Origin: Octopus sinensis | Taxonomy: Eukaryota | NCBI RefSeq assembly: GCF_006345805.1 | Contig: NC_043008.1 | Coordinates: 46,314,001-46,378,000 of the forward strand | DNA length: 64,000 nucleotides | Direction of reading: 5' to 3' | Shown here: one piece after another, positions 14,321-28,040 of the stretch | Position numbering within the stretch: the first letter of the stretch is position 1 | Layout: each line of letters starts with the position of its first letter | The notes under the pieces: generated by a model | The model's database searches: none | The model's input: the letters and a program-made list of their open reading frames with translations, nothing else | What the model was told of the DNA's origin: nothing | Program-made: the position numbers and the translations under genes

Positions 14321-14569
14321 AATTCCTCAGACATATGGAACATTCCCATTTCAAGTCTCAAAATACTTAATAAAGCTCTAATGAATCAGCTGGTGGGAGC
14401 ATAGTGGGTAGCAAAACATAACATAACTATTAGCATAAAAGTAGTGTGTTTTATTAACTGCAGAAGATTGAGAAGATATAACTGTTGCTATATTTATAAT
14501 TATACAGGTTTTATAACCTTTCCCACACCTACCATTACTCACCTGAAAACAAAATATTCTGATCAATGA

Positions 14570-15790
14570 AATATAAGTTCACTAGGGAGACTGATGGATA
14601 TCTGAGTATCTTGGAATATGAGAAAATCAAGGAAAGTGAAATGAAGGGAAGCTTGAGGAGAGAGTATCTGAGAAGAACCAGACTAAGTATTGGAAGTAAT
14701 CTCAATGAATAAAACTCTGGGCAATGAACGCATGGACTGTTTCCTTGATGCTATTTAGGGCAGGTGTTGTTGGGTGGACAAAGAAGGCGCTTTAGGAAAC
14801 GGAGGGGATAACTAGAAAATTGATGATAACTACACCGAAAAAGCGATATTGACAAGCTCTATGTTACTAGGAACAAAGGAGGAAGAGACTTCATAGGATG
14901 CAAGATATGTCAACTAAAAGACCTGTCTTGGATTGTACACTTAGCAGCAGAGTGAATCATTGCTTGCCGGAGATGGCGACGCAAAAGTGATCTGAAAGGA
15001 AGCACTGAGGCATTGATATGCAGCACCTAGGCAGAAGCTCTGATAACAAATTACACAAAGTTCCAAATAGATAAGAGCAGCGAATCGCCCTTTGTAGGTT
15101 ACTTGGCAGCAAAGACGAAGCAATCTCACACTCTCACATATTGTGAGTGAATGTAGCAAGCAGGCCCAAACGCATTACAAAAGAAGGCATGTTAACGTGG
15201 CTGAGGCTTTTCACTGGAGACTGTGTGAACAGTACGACCTGGACAAAAAACGGAAATGGTACAAAAATGGACCGGAAGAAGTCACAATAAATATAAGGTA
15301 TTGTGTGATTTTACAACCCGATATGACTCCCTAATCAATGTCCGGAGACCAGACATTGTTGCGGTTGATAAGGTGATTTTAGATATTGCAATACCTGAGG
15401 AGACACGCATAAGGGATAAACAACTAGAACCTTTGAAAAGTACAGACTATAGAAAAGTGAAATTGCAAGAATGTGGACTACGAGTCGAGTGTCTGTCATT
15501 CCAGTTGTTGTAGGGGTACTCGGAATGCTAAAACCAAGTTGGAGAAATATGTCAGAGAGATCCGATCTGACATGAGAGCAGAGTAAACCTCAAAAAGCTA
15601 CCTTGTTGGAGACAGCTCAGATTTTGAGATTGGTGCTTGGATGTTGAATGTCTCCCACGATAATTAAGAACCGAGTATCAAAGCTTATAATGCACTGAAA
15701 GAGACCGTGTGAGATCCTTGACAGCAGGCAGCTGGCCACTCGCACAGAATCAACCGGAGCAAACGAGACGGTGTTTTCTGAGAAGTAAAA
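14570..15790 (+). mobile_element. Degraded 3' part of an R4/Dong-like non-LTR retrotransposon (REL endonuclease)
   Basis: Fragments GWTK..L.ETEG.TRKLM, SDIDKLYVTRNKGGR, SHIVSECSKQAQTHYKRRH.NVA..FHW.LC, WYKNGPEEV and VRRPDIVAVDKVILDIAIP (PD..D motif), VVGVLG. Confidence 0.85.
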
Positions 15791-15796
15791 CAATAA

Positions 15797-16140
15797 CAAG
15801 AGCACTCAGGGAGTGCAAACCTCCGCCAAGGCAACACCAACATCCTCTCAACGATTAGCCAGTGATAACTTTTGAAATGAGAATATCTGAAATAAGCTCG
15901 TCTGCTCTCACAAACTAGAATACTGAAAAATGAACCCGACTGCTACAAAAAGTAAATACAAAAAACAGGAGCGTTCCCAAAATCTAATTGGTTTGTGCCA
16001 GTTACGAGGCCAAACATTCCTGAAAGTTTCATCCGAATCCATCCAGCAGTTCTTGAGATATCTTGTTCACGGACAAACAAGCAAATAAACAATACAACAC
16101 GATTGAAAACAATACTTCCGCCTTCGCTAAGACGAATGCA
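15797..16140 (+). mobile_element. Helentron-associated (HINE/DINE-1-like) non-autonomous element
   Basis: Subterminal acctccgccaaggc near the 5' end, (CAAA)n-like tract, and degenerate 3' acttccgccttcgctaagacg hairpin; flanked by AAT-rich sequence. Confidence 0.55.
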
Positions 16141-16974
16141 ATAATAATAATAATAAGATCACTAAACACTACTTTGGAAGAGAGGCCAAACTCATAGAAT
16201 ATCAATGCCCAAGTTATCTGTATCACTCCTTGTACAAGTAAAAGTGATGTCGAATATGGTTGAATAGGATTTCAGATCCAAATACAAAGTAATTTGAGCA
16301 AGTAATGCATGCTTGTCTCAGGTTCACGACACTCCATAGCCTCTACGTAAAATGCCTATCTTATTTAATTATCTAAGAGAACGAACATGGGATGTTTATG
16401 TTTGATGATTAAAATGATGATGATCGTGGTGCTGGTGATGGCGGCGGCGGCGTTTTCGGTGGTGAAGATGATGATTATGATGGTAAAGAAATAGAACAAT
16501 GGTGAAAGCTCGTTCCAAAATGAAAAAGAGTTTCAAACTTATAGATCTAAAAATATGTCTTGTAGGTTTTAAATATTTTAGCAATGACGAAAAGTGATAT
16601 TAATGAGAAACCAATAAATTTTGTTGTTGAAAATGTTATTGCTGCCTTCGCATAATTTATTTCATTAACAGAAACAAATGTAAAAGGCAAACTAGTAAGG
16701 AGAAACGGTCGTATCATAAAATATATATGACGTAAATGTAATTAAGAGTGAATTATCTGCACAATACACGTCAGTGCAAGAGAACTAATTTGAACCTTCG
16801 GAATGTATTAACAGGAAACATGTTTCCATGTGTTTATTTAACACGTTCCAAACAGAACATAATTCATTAATGCCTATGTGAAAAAGAAAAATAACTAAGG
16901 ACAACTTTTGCTGAATTTAGTAATACTTAAGTGTTAAGTAAACATTTTCTTCACATTTTGATATAATATTCTTT

Positions 16975-17100
16975 TTTTTTTATTACTGGCTTCAATGACT
17001 GACTGTAGCCATGCTGGAGCACAAATATTTTTAGTCGAAAATATTGAAATTAGTACGTTTCTTGGTACATATTCTATCGTTCTCTATTTGACGAATAGCT
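16975..17100 (-). mobile_element. SINE 3' tail fragment
   Basis: Minus strand gtgctccagcatggctacagtc matches the SINE/CR1 tail motif elsewhere in the window. Confidence 0.6.
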
Positions 17101-17685
17101 TATTCTTTTAAGTTATAATTTTCCTCTGCCTATTGAAGGAAATTCCCTCTGTTTTACGGTAATCCCACAGGGTAGGGATGCATGTGCTTCCTCGGAGGTT
17201 CAATGCATTGGATTTCCCTCGCAGAGAATTACTCAGTCGGAAAATATCGAACTGCTGAGCAAATATGCCAGAATTTGGCTCAATTGCTATTGTAGTATAG
17301 GATAGCCTATTCGTTAATATGGGATGACGTAATGTAGTGACATGATGTGGATCGATATCTAGGTTATACTTTCAGCAGAATCGTTAAATTATGACTGATT
17401 CCATTCTCTTTAGATACATTGCGTTACAATGTCTGTGTGTGTGTGTATGTTTGTGTGCGCATGCGTGAGTGCATTTGTGCACGTGATTTATTTTAACAGT
17501 GTTGTAAGTGATGTTATGAAATGCTTCTGGAAAGGGATCTCAATTTCCCTTTCTGTCCCCACTTCTGTAGAAACATTCAAAGAAGAACCAGTGTGTTGGG
17601 GGCACAGAGAAGGGGTTAGTGTGTATCTGGTAGTTATTTGATCTCGATTTAATGAAAGACAATTTACAAATCGCAGGGACAAATA

Positions 17686-17787
17686 TCATAAGACATTCTG
17701 TTCCTTTTCCTTCGAATGATTCTGCCCAAGCATTATCCAAGTATCATTTATCTTCCGGTCACATTCTTCAGAGTTCTTTGTTGTCAC
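17686..17787 (-). CDS. Candidate terminal coding exon of an unknown host gene (VTTKNSEECDRKINDTWIMLGQNHSKEKEQNVL*)
   Basis: Good acceptor ggcttcttttcag|G, phase 0, 33 codons to TGA. No partner exon or homology recognised. Confidence 0.2.
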   Translation of the reverse strand: MTTKNSEECDRKINDTWIMLGQNHSKEKEQNVL

Positions 17788-19656
17788 CTGAAAAGAAGCC
17801 ATAGGGAAACCTGGGTTTAATTTCCATATTTATAACCGGACAAGAATTCAGGATATGTTATAAACAGAAAAGTTATGTTAGAAGTTTACGGGATTCTAAT
17901 GGTAATGGGTAAGAAATGGAATTTAAATAAGCCAAAGTTATCTAACCTGTAATTCTAATCAAGTGGCATTCCCAAACAATAATACTTATATATTTTATAG
18001 CAGCACCAATATCAAATTTAAAGTAATTAACCTGCTAAATTTGAAGTACTCATTATTGGTAGAGACATACGAAATCAGTTCAAGATATTACACATAATAA
18101 TCTTCTCTACTAAGACTAATACAATAAGTATCGAACCAATTATATATCCAATGAAATTCCGAAAGAGTCTGATATTGTGTATAATAAAATATAATTTTTC
18201 TACAAAATAGGATAAACAACCGTGGATATTTACTGGGATTTTTTTTTAATCAACTTACTCTTAATTATCTCCTTGACAAATCTGTTGCTGCTGTTGTTGT
18301 TGTCCTCGTTCCTGTTAATAAGCAGATGGAAATTATATACAAAGACATTATTGCAAATCCTTTATAAGTACAAGGAATGAAGAATGAGAGACAGATTGAA
18401 ATAATTGGTTTGTTTCATGTCACTATAATATATGTAAATATATATATATGTGTGTGTGTGTATACTTTTTACCCTAACTTCAGTTTAATGGAGCGCAATT
18501 TACGAACAACTAAAATGAAGAAAGAGTTAATATGTTTTATATTTTTTATTTAAGCATCTCATTGTTGCATTTTAAGCATTTAATTCGGTAATCCAAAAAT
18601 ATTATCACCGCAGACGTAAACGATTCTTCAAAATTATAAAAATGTAATCGAAATTCAAAGAACATCACTTATGACATTTTTAATCAATAAAAACTTGATG
18701 AAAAGATTCTGTTATCAATTTTTCCTAAAGTATATTTATCTCGATGAAAATAGATAGTTCTAATAGTAATCTATAAATTGTCCCATACGTCTATTTTTCA
18801 ATTTTATAAAGAAATACTACAAACATAGATCTAAGACAAATAATCTAGATACAATTTATTTATATGTTCCTTCATTTTATATGAACAATATTCTCAAAAT
18901 AGTTTTCTTTCTTTTACAATGTAACCGGGAAAACGTTATTGATTCTCATTATCGCTCGGAAAATATAAATTTAAACAGAATGCCTTTTAGCAGTTATTGT
19001 TTATTTAGCCTGCCCAAGTGACCTATATTCAATTTTTACAGCTGCCCTATTGAACTATTGGTTCTTGCCTACATAACATGATACTAAAGAATACCGCTAC
19101 CTGTAAGAATCTATGACTACTCCACGTTTCTTTACAACCTGGATGTAAGACAGAAAATGTCAGCAGTTAAGTAGTTGTTTAAAAAGCTTGCTGCGTTTAT
19201 TCTGTATATGAGAGGCGTTACACAAATGTAAACTGTCATATATCTTCAGAAGTTAATGGATCTTTTAAGGAATCTAGATCACATGAGATGCAAATCGAAA
19301 GAACTAACATAGTTCTTTATAACCAACCTAGTTTCTTGAGAGGAACATCAGAAAGGAAGATAATGCCGCTGTGCCATGCTATTGTTTATAACACGTTTCA
19401 CTAGATATCTCATGTGTATGTTACATCAGGAATTTAAGTCTCAATAACTGCCATACAGTTCCTGTAGTATTATTTTTAATTACATTGGTATTGATATAAA
19501 TGCATTCAAATAAGTATTTACTTTGAGAATGGCACGACAAAGAAAGCTCTATACTGAAATTACAGGCTTCCAAAGAATCATAACTGTGCAGCTCACATCT
19601 CTATGCCTGGCAATATGTGTTCCACGATGAAGTCTTTCTTTTTCATGTTCCATTGT

Positions 19657-19750
<94 letters not shown>

Positions 19751-19754
19751 GTCA

Positions 19755-19930
19755 GTCGCCATGATAGATCGTTAGTCACTACACACATTTTTTTCTCTCC
19801 TTGTTTTTTGTGTGTCCCTTTCTGTAGAAGAGCGTAGGCTCGAAACGTAAAAAGCCTTTTTTTTATTCCTGTTTGTTTTGTACACCACCTGTCTTCGTCT
19901 TTTGTTTTTTTTTTCGTAAATTCTCCCTAT
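19755..19930 (+). mobile_element. Second copy of the ~190-bp repeat with hammerhead-like motif (19816-19854)
   Basis: CUUU-CUGUAGA-A-GAGC(GUAG)GCUC-GAAAC-GUA-AAAAG; homologous to 8055-8240. Confidence 0.8.
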
Positions 19931-20129
19931 ATATATATACACCTGTAGAGGATCATGTGATTGTATATATACTGACAAATACACACACGCGTATGTATGT
20001 AGACTTACGGATCTTTTCTCTGACATGACCCCGTTTCTGTCTTGTAGACGACTGTACATATGCACAAACTCTCCAGAACTGTGATAAAGCTAAGTCCCCA
20101 TGTTTATCATAGTATTGATAGGGAAACTG

Positions 20130-20380
20130 AGGTTTTGATGCTAAACAAGTAGATATGCCACGGTTAATGAACTCGATACAGGGCATATATTTCACGCCGG
20201 AAACGCCATGACCTTCAGCGAGAATTCTAAATTCGTTCACAACCCGGACGCGGAAAATTGCCTCCGCATGAATGTGGGATCCTCTGGCCTATTTCTCCTT
20301 GACACGTTTGTACGATATTCCCCCTTTGTATCTACAGAGATGTTGCCCTAGCCGTATCGGAAAACACCAATGGACTAGGA
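20130..20380 (-). mobile_element. CR1/L2-type LINE 3'-end relic
   Basis: cggaggcaattttccgcgtccgggttgtgaac resembles the conserved RRxFFSxRVVN C-terminal motif, with a frameshift. Confidence 0.45.
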
Positions 20381-20984
20381 CATAACTGCCTGAGAAATTA
20401 GATAATCAAGCTCTTGAACGTAAAGTTACTCTATTCTCTAGATGTAGTGTTGTGCCGCTGAAATTGCAGAACAACTCTTGAAAGTACCATGGCTGACTAG
20501 AATATCTGGTTGAATGACTAAATTCAAGCTTCTCTGGGAGTTCCTCAACAGTTACAACGGGATTTTGTTCCACCAAAGTTTTGCAGGATATCCTCGTCTA
20601 GCTCTACAGATCTTCCAGGACAAGGCTACTCTTCTGGACTGTTCTTTCCAGCTCGGAATTTCTGGAACCACCGTTGATACCGGCTTCAGCTTACTGTCCG
20701 ACGCCATATCCTGCAGTAACTCTCTTCGCACTTTCCGTTGCGTTGTTGCCTTTATTGAACTCATAACACAAAATATGGCGAATGTGCTCCTTTCTCACTT
20801 CCATTATAGCTTTGAAAAAAAATCTGTTAAAATCGAACTGCACTCTTCAAAACTTGCACTAAGAATAAGAAAAGGTAAAATTACTACCTGCTTTTATAGC
20901 GTGTTACTGCAGTTAGTTTATACCGTCCCCGATTTTTAGTTCATGCAATTGAAAAAACCGCATTATTTATGGGATGACCCAATA
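20380..20984 (-). mobile_element. Mariner element, 5' part with one TIR
   Basis: TA plus TIR ttgggtcatcccataaataatgcgg (20958-20984, minus). ATG at 20804 gives MEVRKEHIRHILCYEFNKGNNATESA...LVEQNPVVTVEELPEKL (mariner HTH region); frameshifted. Confidence 0.9.
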
Positions 20985-21534
20985 CACTACTCAGGAAAAC
21001 ATAGTCACTTTGTTGATTAACAATGTTATTGCCCGGGCGTATGTAATTGACTCCCAGAAGAGGTTTTCTTTTTTATACAGCGAAAGGTAGCGATTTTTCC
21101 TTTTACGAAGCAGACGTAATTTTGTTTCTGTTTTGTTTGCATTTGCGTTGCTCGTTCGACTCGGAAATTTGATGCAAAACCGGTGAGACTTTGCGCTTTA
21201 TACATTTTCATTTAATGCACGCTGCTCTCCATTTCAGTAACGGAATTGGTTGATTAATTAATTAATTATTTAATTAATTGATTAATTTCTTTCAATTTTT
21301 CTTCTCAGTCTCCCCTTAATGTTTAAAATAATCAAATGTAAAAGCATACTGCCCCTCTTCCTCACCGTATCACTTTCTCTCCCTCCCTCACATAAACACC
21401 CACTCATTCACTCACTCACTCACACACTCACTCACTCACTCACTCACTCACTCGCTCACTCACTCACTCTGTCACTTATTCTCTGTTTTAGTTTTATGTG
21501 TGTAGATGGGAATATATCTACACAAGGTTAATGT

Positions 21535-21822
21535 CTACATAGGCGTGGCTGTGTTGTAAGAAGCTTGCTTCCCAACTATATATCTGTGTGTGTGTGTGTG
21601 CGTGGCGGGGTGTCTGTGTGGCATTGCGTCTGTTTTTCGCGCTCATCATCGTTTGATAATCGACGCTGGCGTGTTTACGTCCCTGTAAACTAGGGTTTCG
21701 TCAAAAGAAACCGACCAAATAATAAGTACTAGGATTAAATTTAAGCCCTGGTGTCGATTTTCTTCAATTCAAAACCACTTTAAGGTCGCAGCCAAATGAC
21801 TGAAACAAGTAAAAGAAAGAAA
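21535..21822 (+). mobile_element. Internally deleted tRNA-derived SINE
   Basis: Head taggcgtggctgtgttgtaagaagcttgcttccc, core gtgtttacgtccc..., tail cagccaaatgactgaaacaagtaaaaga. Confidence 0.75.
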
Positions 21823-22029
21823 ATAACAGAATATACTCAAGCATACATATATAGATCATTTTTCCTGTCCCAAATATAGGCATTCTCTCTCTCTTAGACA
21901 TACAATTTCTTGAATACAATTTTTTTTCCCATCTGTCCAGTCGTACATCATTACAAACTCGCATCCTCTTTCTTTCTATCTATTTACCTCTCTACATATA
22001 TTTGTCCTTATCTCGGTCTCTGTCTAAAT

Positions 22030-23440
22030 ATAAACAGGAGGAAAGATGTTGCGAAATAAGATAAGCGCAATATTGAAATTATTCCCGAGGGACTGGCAGG
22101 TATCTGACAGGGACAACCCCATTTATATAATAACGGGAGCACTAAAAAGCAATGACGAGAAAAGGACCACAACTCAGAGCAGAAAAAAACAAGAATCCAT
22201 CCGCTCCTATGCTCTGGTCAGACTTCACAGCATCCTTGGTACCATTTTCGAACAGAAGCGCAAGGAAGAGGACCAGGATGGAGACTCTGATGTGAGTGAC
22301 AACTATTCCCCTGGTTCTGTTGATCCACAAGGAAACACATGAAACCCTAAAAAGAAATGTAAGGGATTAAAAAGGAAATAAGGTAAAATGAACAGTAAAT
22401 AATGGAGAAGGAAAACAAAAAGCTTTTGATGATGACACAATTGGAAAAAATGAGGAAAACGAATTCAGCCCCAAGAAAAACAACTAAGAAAAGAAACCTG
22501 TTAGATAACGCATACGTGAATGTATATTAGGGAGCGCACAGAGGTGTGTAAATTCTGCATGGGCAGTGTCTGCTGGCATGGAGATGACGGTGGAAACTGA
22601 AGCTTCCCACACCCAAAACCATACCACAAAGAAAGACACTTATCGCCAAATTGAGGAAAGTCGTGCATCGAAAGAAAATGATGATATGTAAGTAATGCGC
22701 ACCACTATCAACAGTCAGCCCTCTTCAGATGCAATCATACCGGCTGCAGCTGAGCAACAATCTTTTTTGTACCTGGCACAAAAGATTGTGCAGCAAGCTG
22801 CATCAATTCAAGGATCGGAGCTATTCCCACTAACAAACAAGAGCGCAACATCCAATGGATCCAGGGTGGCCACCACTGGCATCAGCCCAGTGTCACATCT
22901 ATATTATTTATGAATATCTGAGGAATTTTACAACTCAATAACAGAACCAAAATTCCCTTCCTGAGAGACTTATGCACAGCATTCACCGAAATACACCTAG
23001 AACCCTGCATCGCAGATGCCAAAATACCCGTACTAAATATGGTGTATTGGGAAGCGACAGAACCGACAGCAATCCTGGTGGAATTGCACTGCACATCCGA
23101 GAAGATCGCAAACGCAAGATCCTTTTGTCATCGCAAACCCAAGATCCTTTTGTCACACTCGCTGTGTGACACACCAGTTGTATATATATAAGGCAACTTG
23201 ATATAATCATATATACTACTTATCATCTGCCATCATATGGCTCTATTCGAAGACTGACTTGCAGGAATAGTAGTCTTAGCCACGCGAGAACAATACATCA
23301 GGTTACTTCTCATGGGGGATTTCAACCTGACCAACGTAGGATGACCTGAAGTTCTTTTCCTTTTAAGAATTATATGATGTGAACAAAGTCAGGTGGAAGT
23401 CTTGCTCAACCTCACCGAGACGTTGTATACGGAGCGAGTA
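22030..23440 (+). mobile_element. Degraded CR1-type LINE 5'/endonuclease part
   Basis: HLEPCIADAKIP...SDRTDSNPGGIALHIRED and FMGDFN fragments of an APE endonuclease. Confidence 0.6.
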
Positions 23441-24390
23441 ATATTCCAACCTAGTCAACACAGAGTTAGAAAGACTAATAAGTGTAGCTATAATTGAAAA
23501 AGTCAACCTTTCAGACTGGGCAGTTTCGACGGTTTATGTAAACTAAAAAATAATAAACTAAGAGTGTGTGCGGGACTTTCAACTGGATTAAATGGCTTTA
23601 ATCGAACACAACTATCCATAACTAAGCCCAGAAAAAGTGTTCTCAAAACTAAATGGAAGAAAAATTCACTCGAAGTTAGACCTCTCTGAAGCCTTTCTAG
23701 AAATTCAATAAAAGGGAGATTGCGCACACCTTTTAACAACCACCACACTGTGAATTGTATAAATTCAAGGGGCTTTCCTTTGGTATAAAAGTGGCACCTA
23801 CAATATTCCAGCAAATGATGGACGCAATGTCAAATGATTGCGACTTTGCTATCACTTATCTCGATGGTATTCTGTTGAAGAGTGAGTCAGTGGTGCAACT
23901 CTTCGAACTTCCTAAGTATTTCCCAACAATTATCTGCACAGTAAACAGATATGAAAAGTATACGGAAAAATAAATGAATACGGGTTTAGACTAACAGAGG
24001 AAAAGCGTGAAATTTTTTTTAGGAAAAAAAAATCAAATACTTCGGTCAAGTAATTGATGTACGAGTTCTCTGTTGGGGTCAGTGTCACTTAAGTGACCTA
24101 TACGAGTTCGAGTTACCATCAAGATAGACTTTTCAAAATCTTTGTCTTGCGGAGATATCAGCGATAGCACGATAGACGAGCGAAAGATAAGACGTAGAAA
24201 ACGGAAACAACATAAGAATGGCGACAAGAATATTCCAGTGCCGACGACAATAGACACACATTAGCAAAGTCATGGAACGAACAATCCGAAGAAGACTAAT
24301 TGCATTCCTCGAATGCATTACAACGGGGTGTAACAGCAGCTGCTTAACAACCAAAATAAGGCCGTGGTATATCTCGACTAGCTGCTCAGT
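23440..24390 (+). mobile_element. Gypsy/Ty3 LTR-retrotransposon RT fragment
   Basis: SDWA..TVYV.KKNNKLRVC.FSTGLN, KLNGRK..SKLDLSEA, and ORF 23755-23973 YKFKGLSFGIKVAPTIFQQMMD...AITYLDGIL (degenerate YLDD). Confidence 0.85.
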
Positions 24391-24399
24391 TAGTCACCC

Positions 24400-25320
24400 C
24401 TGCTAGCTATGCAGATGATATTGTGCATCTGCAACAGGAGTTGGATGCAATTTACCGATGGAAAATAACACGTAGTTTAACACTGCAAAATTCTAAGCCC
24501 TGATTACCAGCTGAGGGCATGTCTGAGAGGGCCAGCCCTATGAGTAGCTACCAACACTCGATGCTAAATGAAAAGTAAACAGGATACATTGGCCTAATGG
24601 GGCATTGCAATTCCTGAATCAATATCAGTGCGCGAGCTGGGCATCGACATCAGTTATGTTGCATCTTTCCAGTACATATTACTAAGTTACCAATTAACTA
24701 AAAGCTATTGGCCGGAATGGATCCTTCCAACTTTCAGAACGAGGTAACAAGAAACCATGATGGTCCTCTGTAGGACATTTTACGCAGAATAAAATTGGTG
24801 AAGGGACCCGCAGCAATCCAGAGAAGCTACACAAAGAAGATAGTTTCAATGCGATGTATCAGCTACGAGAAGGGACTGAAAGACTCTACTCCCTAGAAGG
24901 AAGCGAGGAAAGATACGCAGTGATATAATCTGGAAAGTCTTGTACCAAACTTTGATGCTGTAAATTACAAACAGCAGAGTAGGGCACCACTTTATAATAC
25001 CAAATATCCCAACATTGGCATCAGGATACAGGACCAGATACTGCATCAGCTTAGGCTTCAAGGCTCACAGCTATTTAATATCCTCCCAGAAAACCTAAGA
25101 AACCTATATGAATGTAGATGTCTTCAAAACAAATTTGGGTTTTATCTTTCCAAGATTCCGGATGATCCTACCTTGCGGCAAGAAAATCAGATGCGGGTCG
25201 CAACATCAAACTCGCTCATCCACCAAATACCACATATGAGAGGAGGTTCTGTGAAAGTGCTGCAAAGCAAACGGCGGTGCCCCAGCATGGCTGCATCTCA
25301 AGATCTGAAACTGGCAATAG
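24400..25320 (+). mobile_element. Degraded CR1 3' part, same family as 36940-39095
   Basis: YADD region, caagaaaccatgatggtcct, ggcttc..ggctcacagctatttaatatcctccc and tail ggcggtgccccagcatggc all align with 38100-39085. Confidence 0.85.
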
Positions 25321-26881
25321 ACGAATACCTTTGTTATCTAATAATATTTTAATTTTTTATTTATAATTTCTATAATTTATAAATTTACCTCTGCATTCAA
25401 TTTCCATTTTAATTTTATTTTCTATTCCTTTTGTCAGTTTTTCATTTATCGCTTCGCAATTTTGGAATATTTCACTACCCTGTTACCTTAAATTTAAATT
25501 TAATTTCTTTTTTTTTTATTATAACTTTTCATCCCTTTTTAAAATTTAAAACTCACATTGTCATAATACTCTCCATCGATAGTGTGGCCATTTTGAAACT
25601 ATTCAACAAGCACAATGCCTGGGGTATCTCACAAAAAACCTTTGAAACTATTAGTAACTCTTTAACACATATATTGTGACTTCTAAATAATTATATAGAT
25701 TTCATACGCTATTGGAAGGTATGAAGTCATTATCAATTCACAAAGTCTGTTGATTTGAAATTTACAATCAACCCGGGAAAATTTAGATCCTGATGGGGGC
25801 AAAACTCATTAAAGTCTTTGGCCAGTTAATCTGGTGTATACAGGCCACTCTATCGCTTGTACTGAAATAATCTAGACCTACGTGCATTATCCTGTTGTAT
25901 TTGTAGATATATGCATTAAACATCATTATTCTATTCAATCGTTTTTCATTCTCAGATGAAGAATTTGTAATCATTTCAAGTCAGAAATGTTTGGCCGTTT
26001 ATATATTTTTTTTAATGTTTTGTCCATTTATCTATGGCTGAACGCAATAAGTGCAAGGAATTCACTGTGATCAGGACAAAAAATGCAGATGACACATGTT
26101 ATACAAATGAACTTTTCCTGTGTGTATAGCATTTTATCGAGTCTCTTAAGGGAGATAAAATCTAAAAGTGTACATCAGCATTTACGTTATTACTGTTATC
26201 TATGCTGATACTTTAGATAAAATAACGGGACGTAAATTCCTATGAGTGAGTTTCCTGCAATCCTTAGAGATTGCTTTCAGTTCAAACATTCCTAGACTTG
26301 TATTTTATGTGCTTATGCTTTCCAAATCCATCAGGAAATAGCCATGGAAAATAAATATGAGTCCATTATAAAATGATACGACGTGAAATACTTATTAATA
26401 TTTCAAAGCATATATACGCTATATGGAGAGATTTGCAGAATATATATTACCAGTTACATTCTATGAATGATAGTTCGAAATTCATTCGAATAAACACATC
26501 GCATTTACTTTAATTACTTCCTGAAATATACTACAGTCACATGAAATATAAATGCGTACGAGAGGAGAATACTACGTGCATTTTGTGTCATTTTTTCAAT
26601 GTAATCTACAAAGATATGTAACTCCAAGAATGCAGATTCAATATCCAATTAAAACTATGTTTTTCAAATGCGGGTGGGTAGTTATTTATAACTTAGCAAA
26701 TTTATTATATTAAATTGAGAAAACTTTAATCACTATATAGAATAAGGACAGACATTAAACTTAAAATCTGATAATGGGATATTGTATATAAAAATAACTA
26801 ATAAGACTTTTCTTAAGCAAAAAAAATCATTCTATAATGAATGTAAACCGAATTGAATTGTTATATAAATAGGAATATATG

Positions 26882-27110
26882 ACAATTGCAGCGTGCTGCT
26901 CGGAATTTTGTCAGTGAATAGGTCGCGGTCTCAAAGCGACGAAAATATTTTGGCACAAATTAAATTTAAGTGTTGAAGTGAATCTGACGGTTTTTATGTG
27001 TTTCTTAAATGGCTTATAAACACCTTCCAGGCTGCAATTGTTTTCGTTCCAACACACGATCTCAGATCAGGTCATTTGCTATGCAAGTACATCTCGGTAA
27101 CAGAAATACA
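26882..27110. mobile_element. MITE-like repeat with 14-bp inverted repeat
   Basis: acaattgcagcgtg (26882-26895) versus caggctgcaattgt (27028-27041), 13/14 complementary. Confidence 0.4.
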
Positions 27111-28040
27111 CAGTATTTATTAAATTAAATAACAAGAACTATTTACTTCATTACGGGGGGATAAGTATAAGATATCATAAAATATGGGACCGAATATAAG
27201 GGGTAAATGAATTGGAGGTAAACTAAATGTATAAGGGAGTACATTCGGAAGCAACACGTTAACCGATGTTGGTATGGAATCATTTCATTAATATTGATTG
27301 GTTAAAAAACTTATTAATATAAGGATTCCCATATCCAGTTAATTATATAAAGAAGACGATATAAAACAAATATTTATAAATTACAAACAGAAGGAAAGTA
27401 TATGAAAAGATATATAAATGTATAAAAATATCATATATTTATATAAAAAATTTAGCAAACATAATGTTCTATTTTAGATATATAATATTGTATTATACAG
27501 TTAGTTTTACGAAAAGAACTTATCTACTCTTTATAAGTTATATAAGCTACATAACTGTATAAAAGGGTATATAGATACATAAAAATTTAATAATATAAAA
27601 TATAACAAAATATAAATTTTAAAATAAAATTTGATAAAATATATTTCTTTACATTATAATATAAAACTACTTCCTTACAGACTGATGTAAAAAGTAAAAC
27701 AGAGATAAAAGTAAGTCTAAATCAATATAAAATAAAATGAAATAAGGATTATTTTATAAATTATATTGGTATATTGAAAAGAAGTCTTATCATATTATTA
27801 TAATACCATACAAACATAAAAATATATGTATCAAATATTAATTGAAATCATTGGAAATGTGGAATCCCCCAAGAATCACTGCTGACACCAATCTTCTTTG
27901 TTGTGGCTCTCCTAGAAATACTGCCAGAAATACTCTCAGCAGTACAGTCAGCGACTCTCAGCATCTCTGTTGATGATACAGAATTATCAGAGGCGGTCAA
28001 GGACTCTGATGACATAGTAAAACTGGTTATGTAACTAGAA

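Noticed and set aside
19953-20280. 95-aa minus-strand ORF ending near a perfect GTAAGT donor (about 20005-20010)
   Set aside because: No usable acceptor and an in-frame TAG upstream. Its 5' part is better explained as a CR1/L2 C-terminal RRxFFSxRVVN relic. Not fully excluded.
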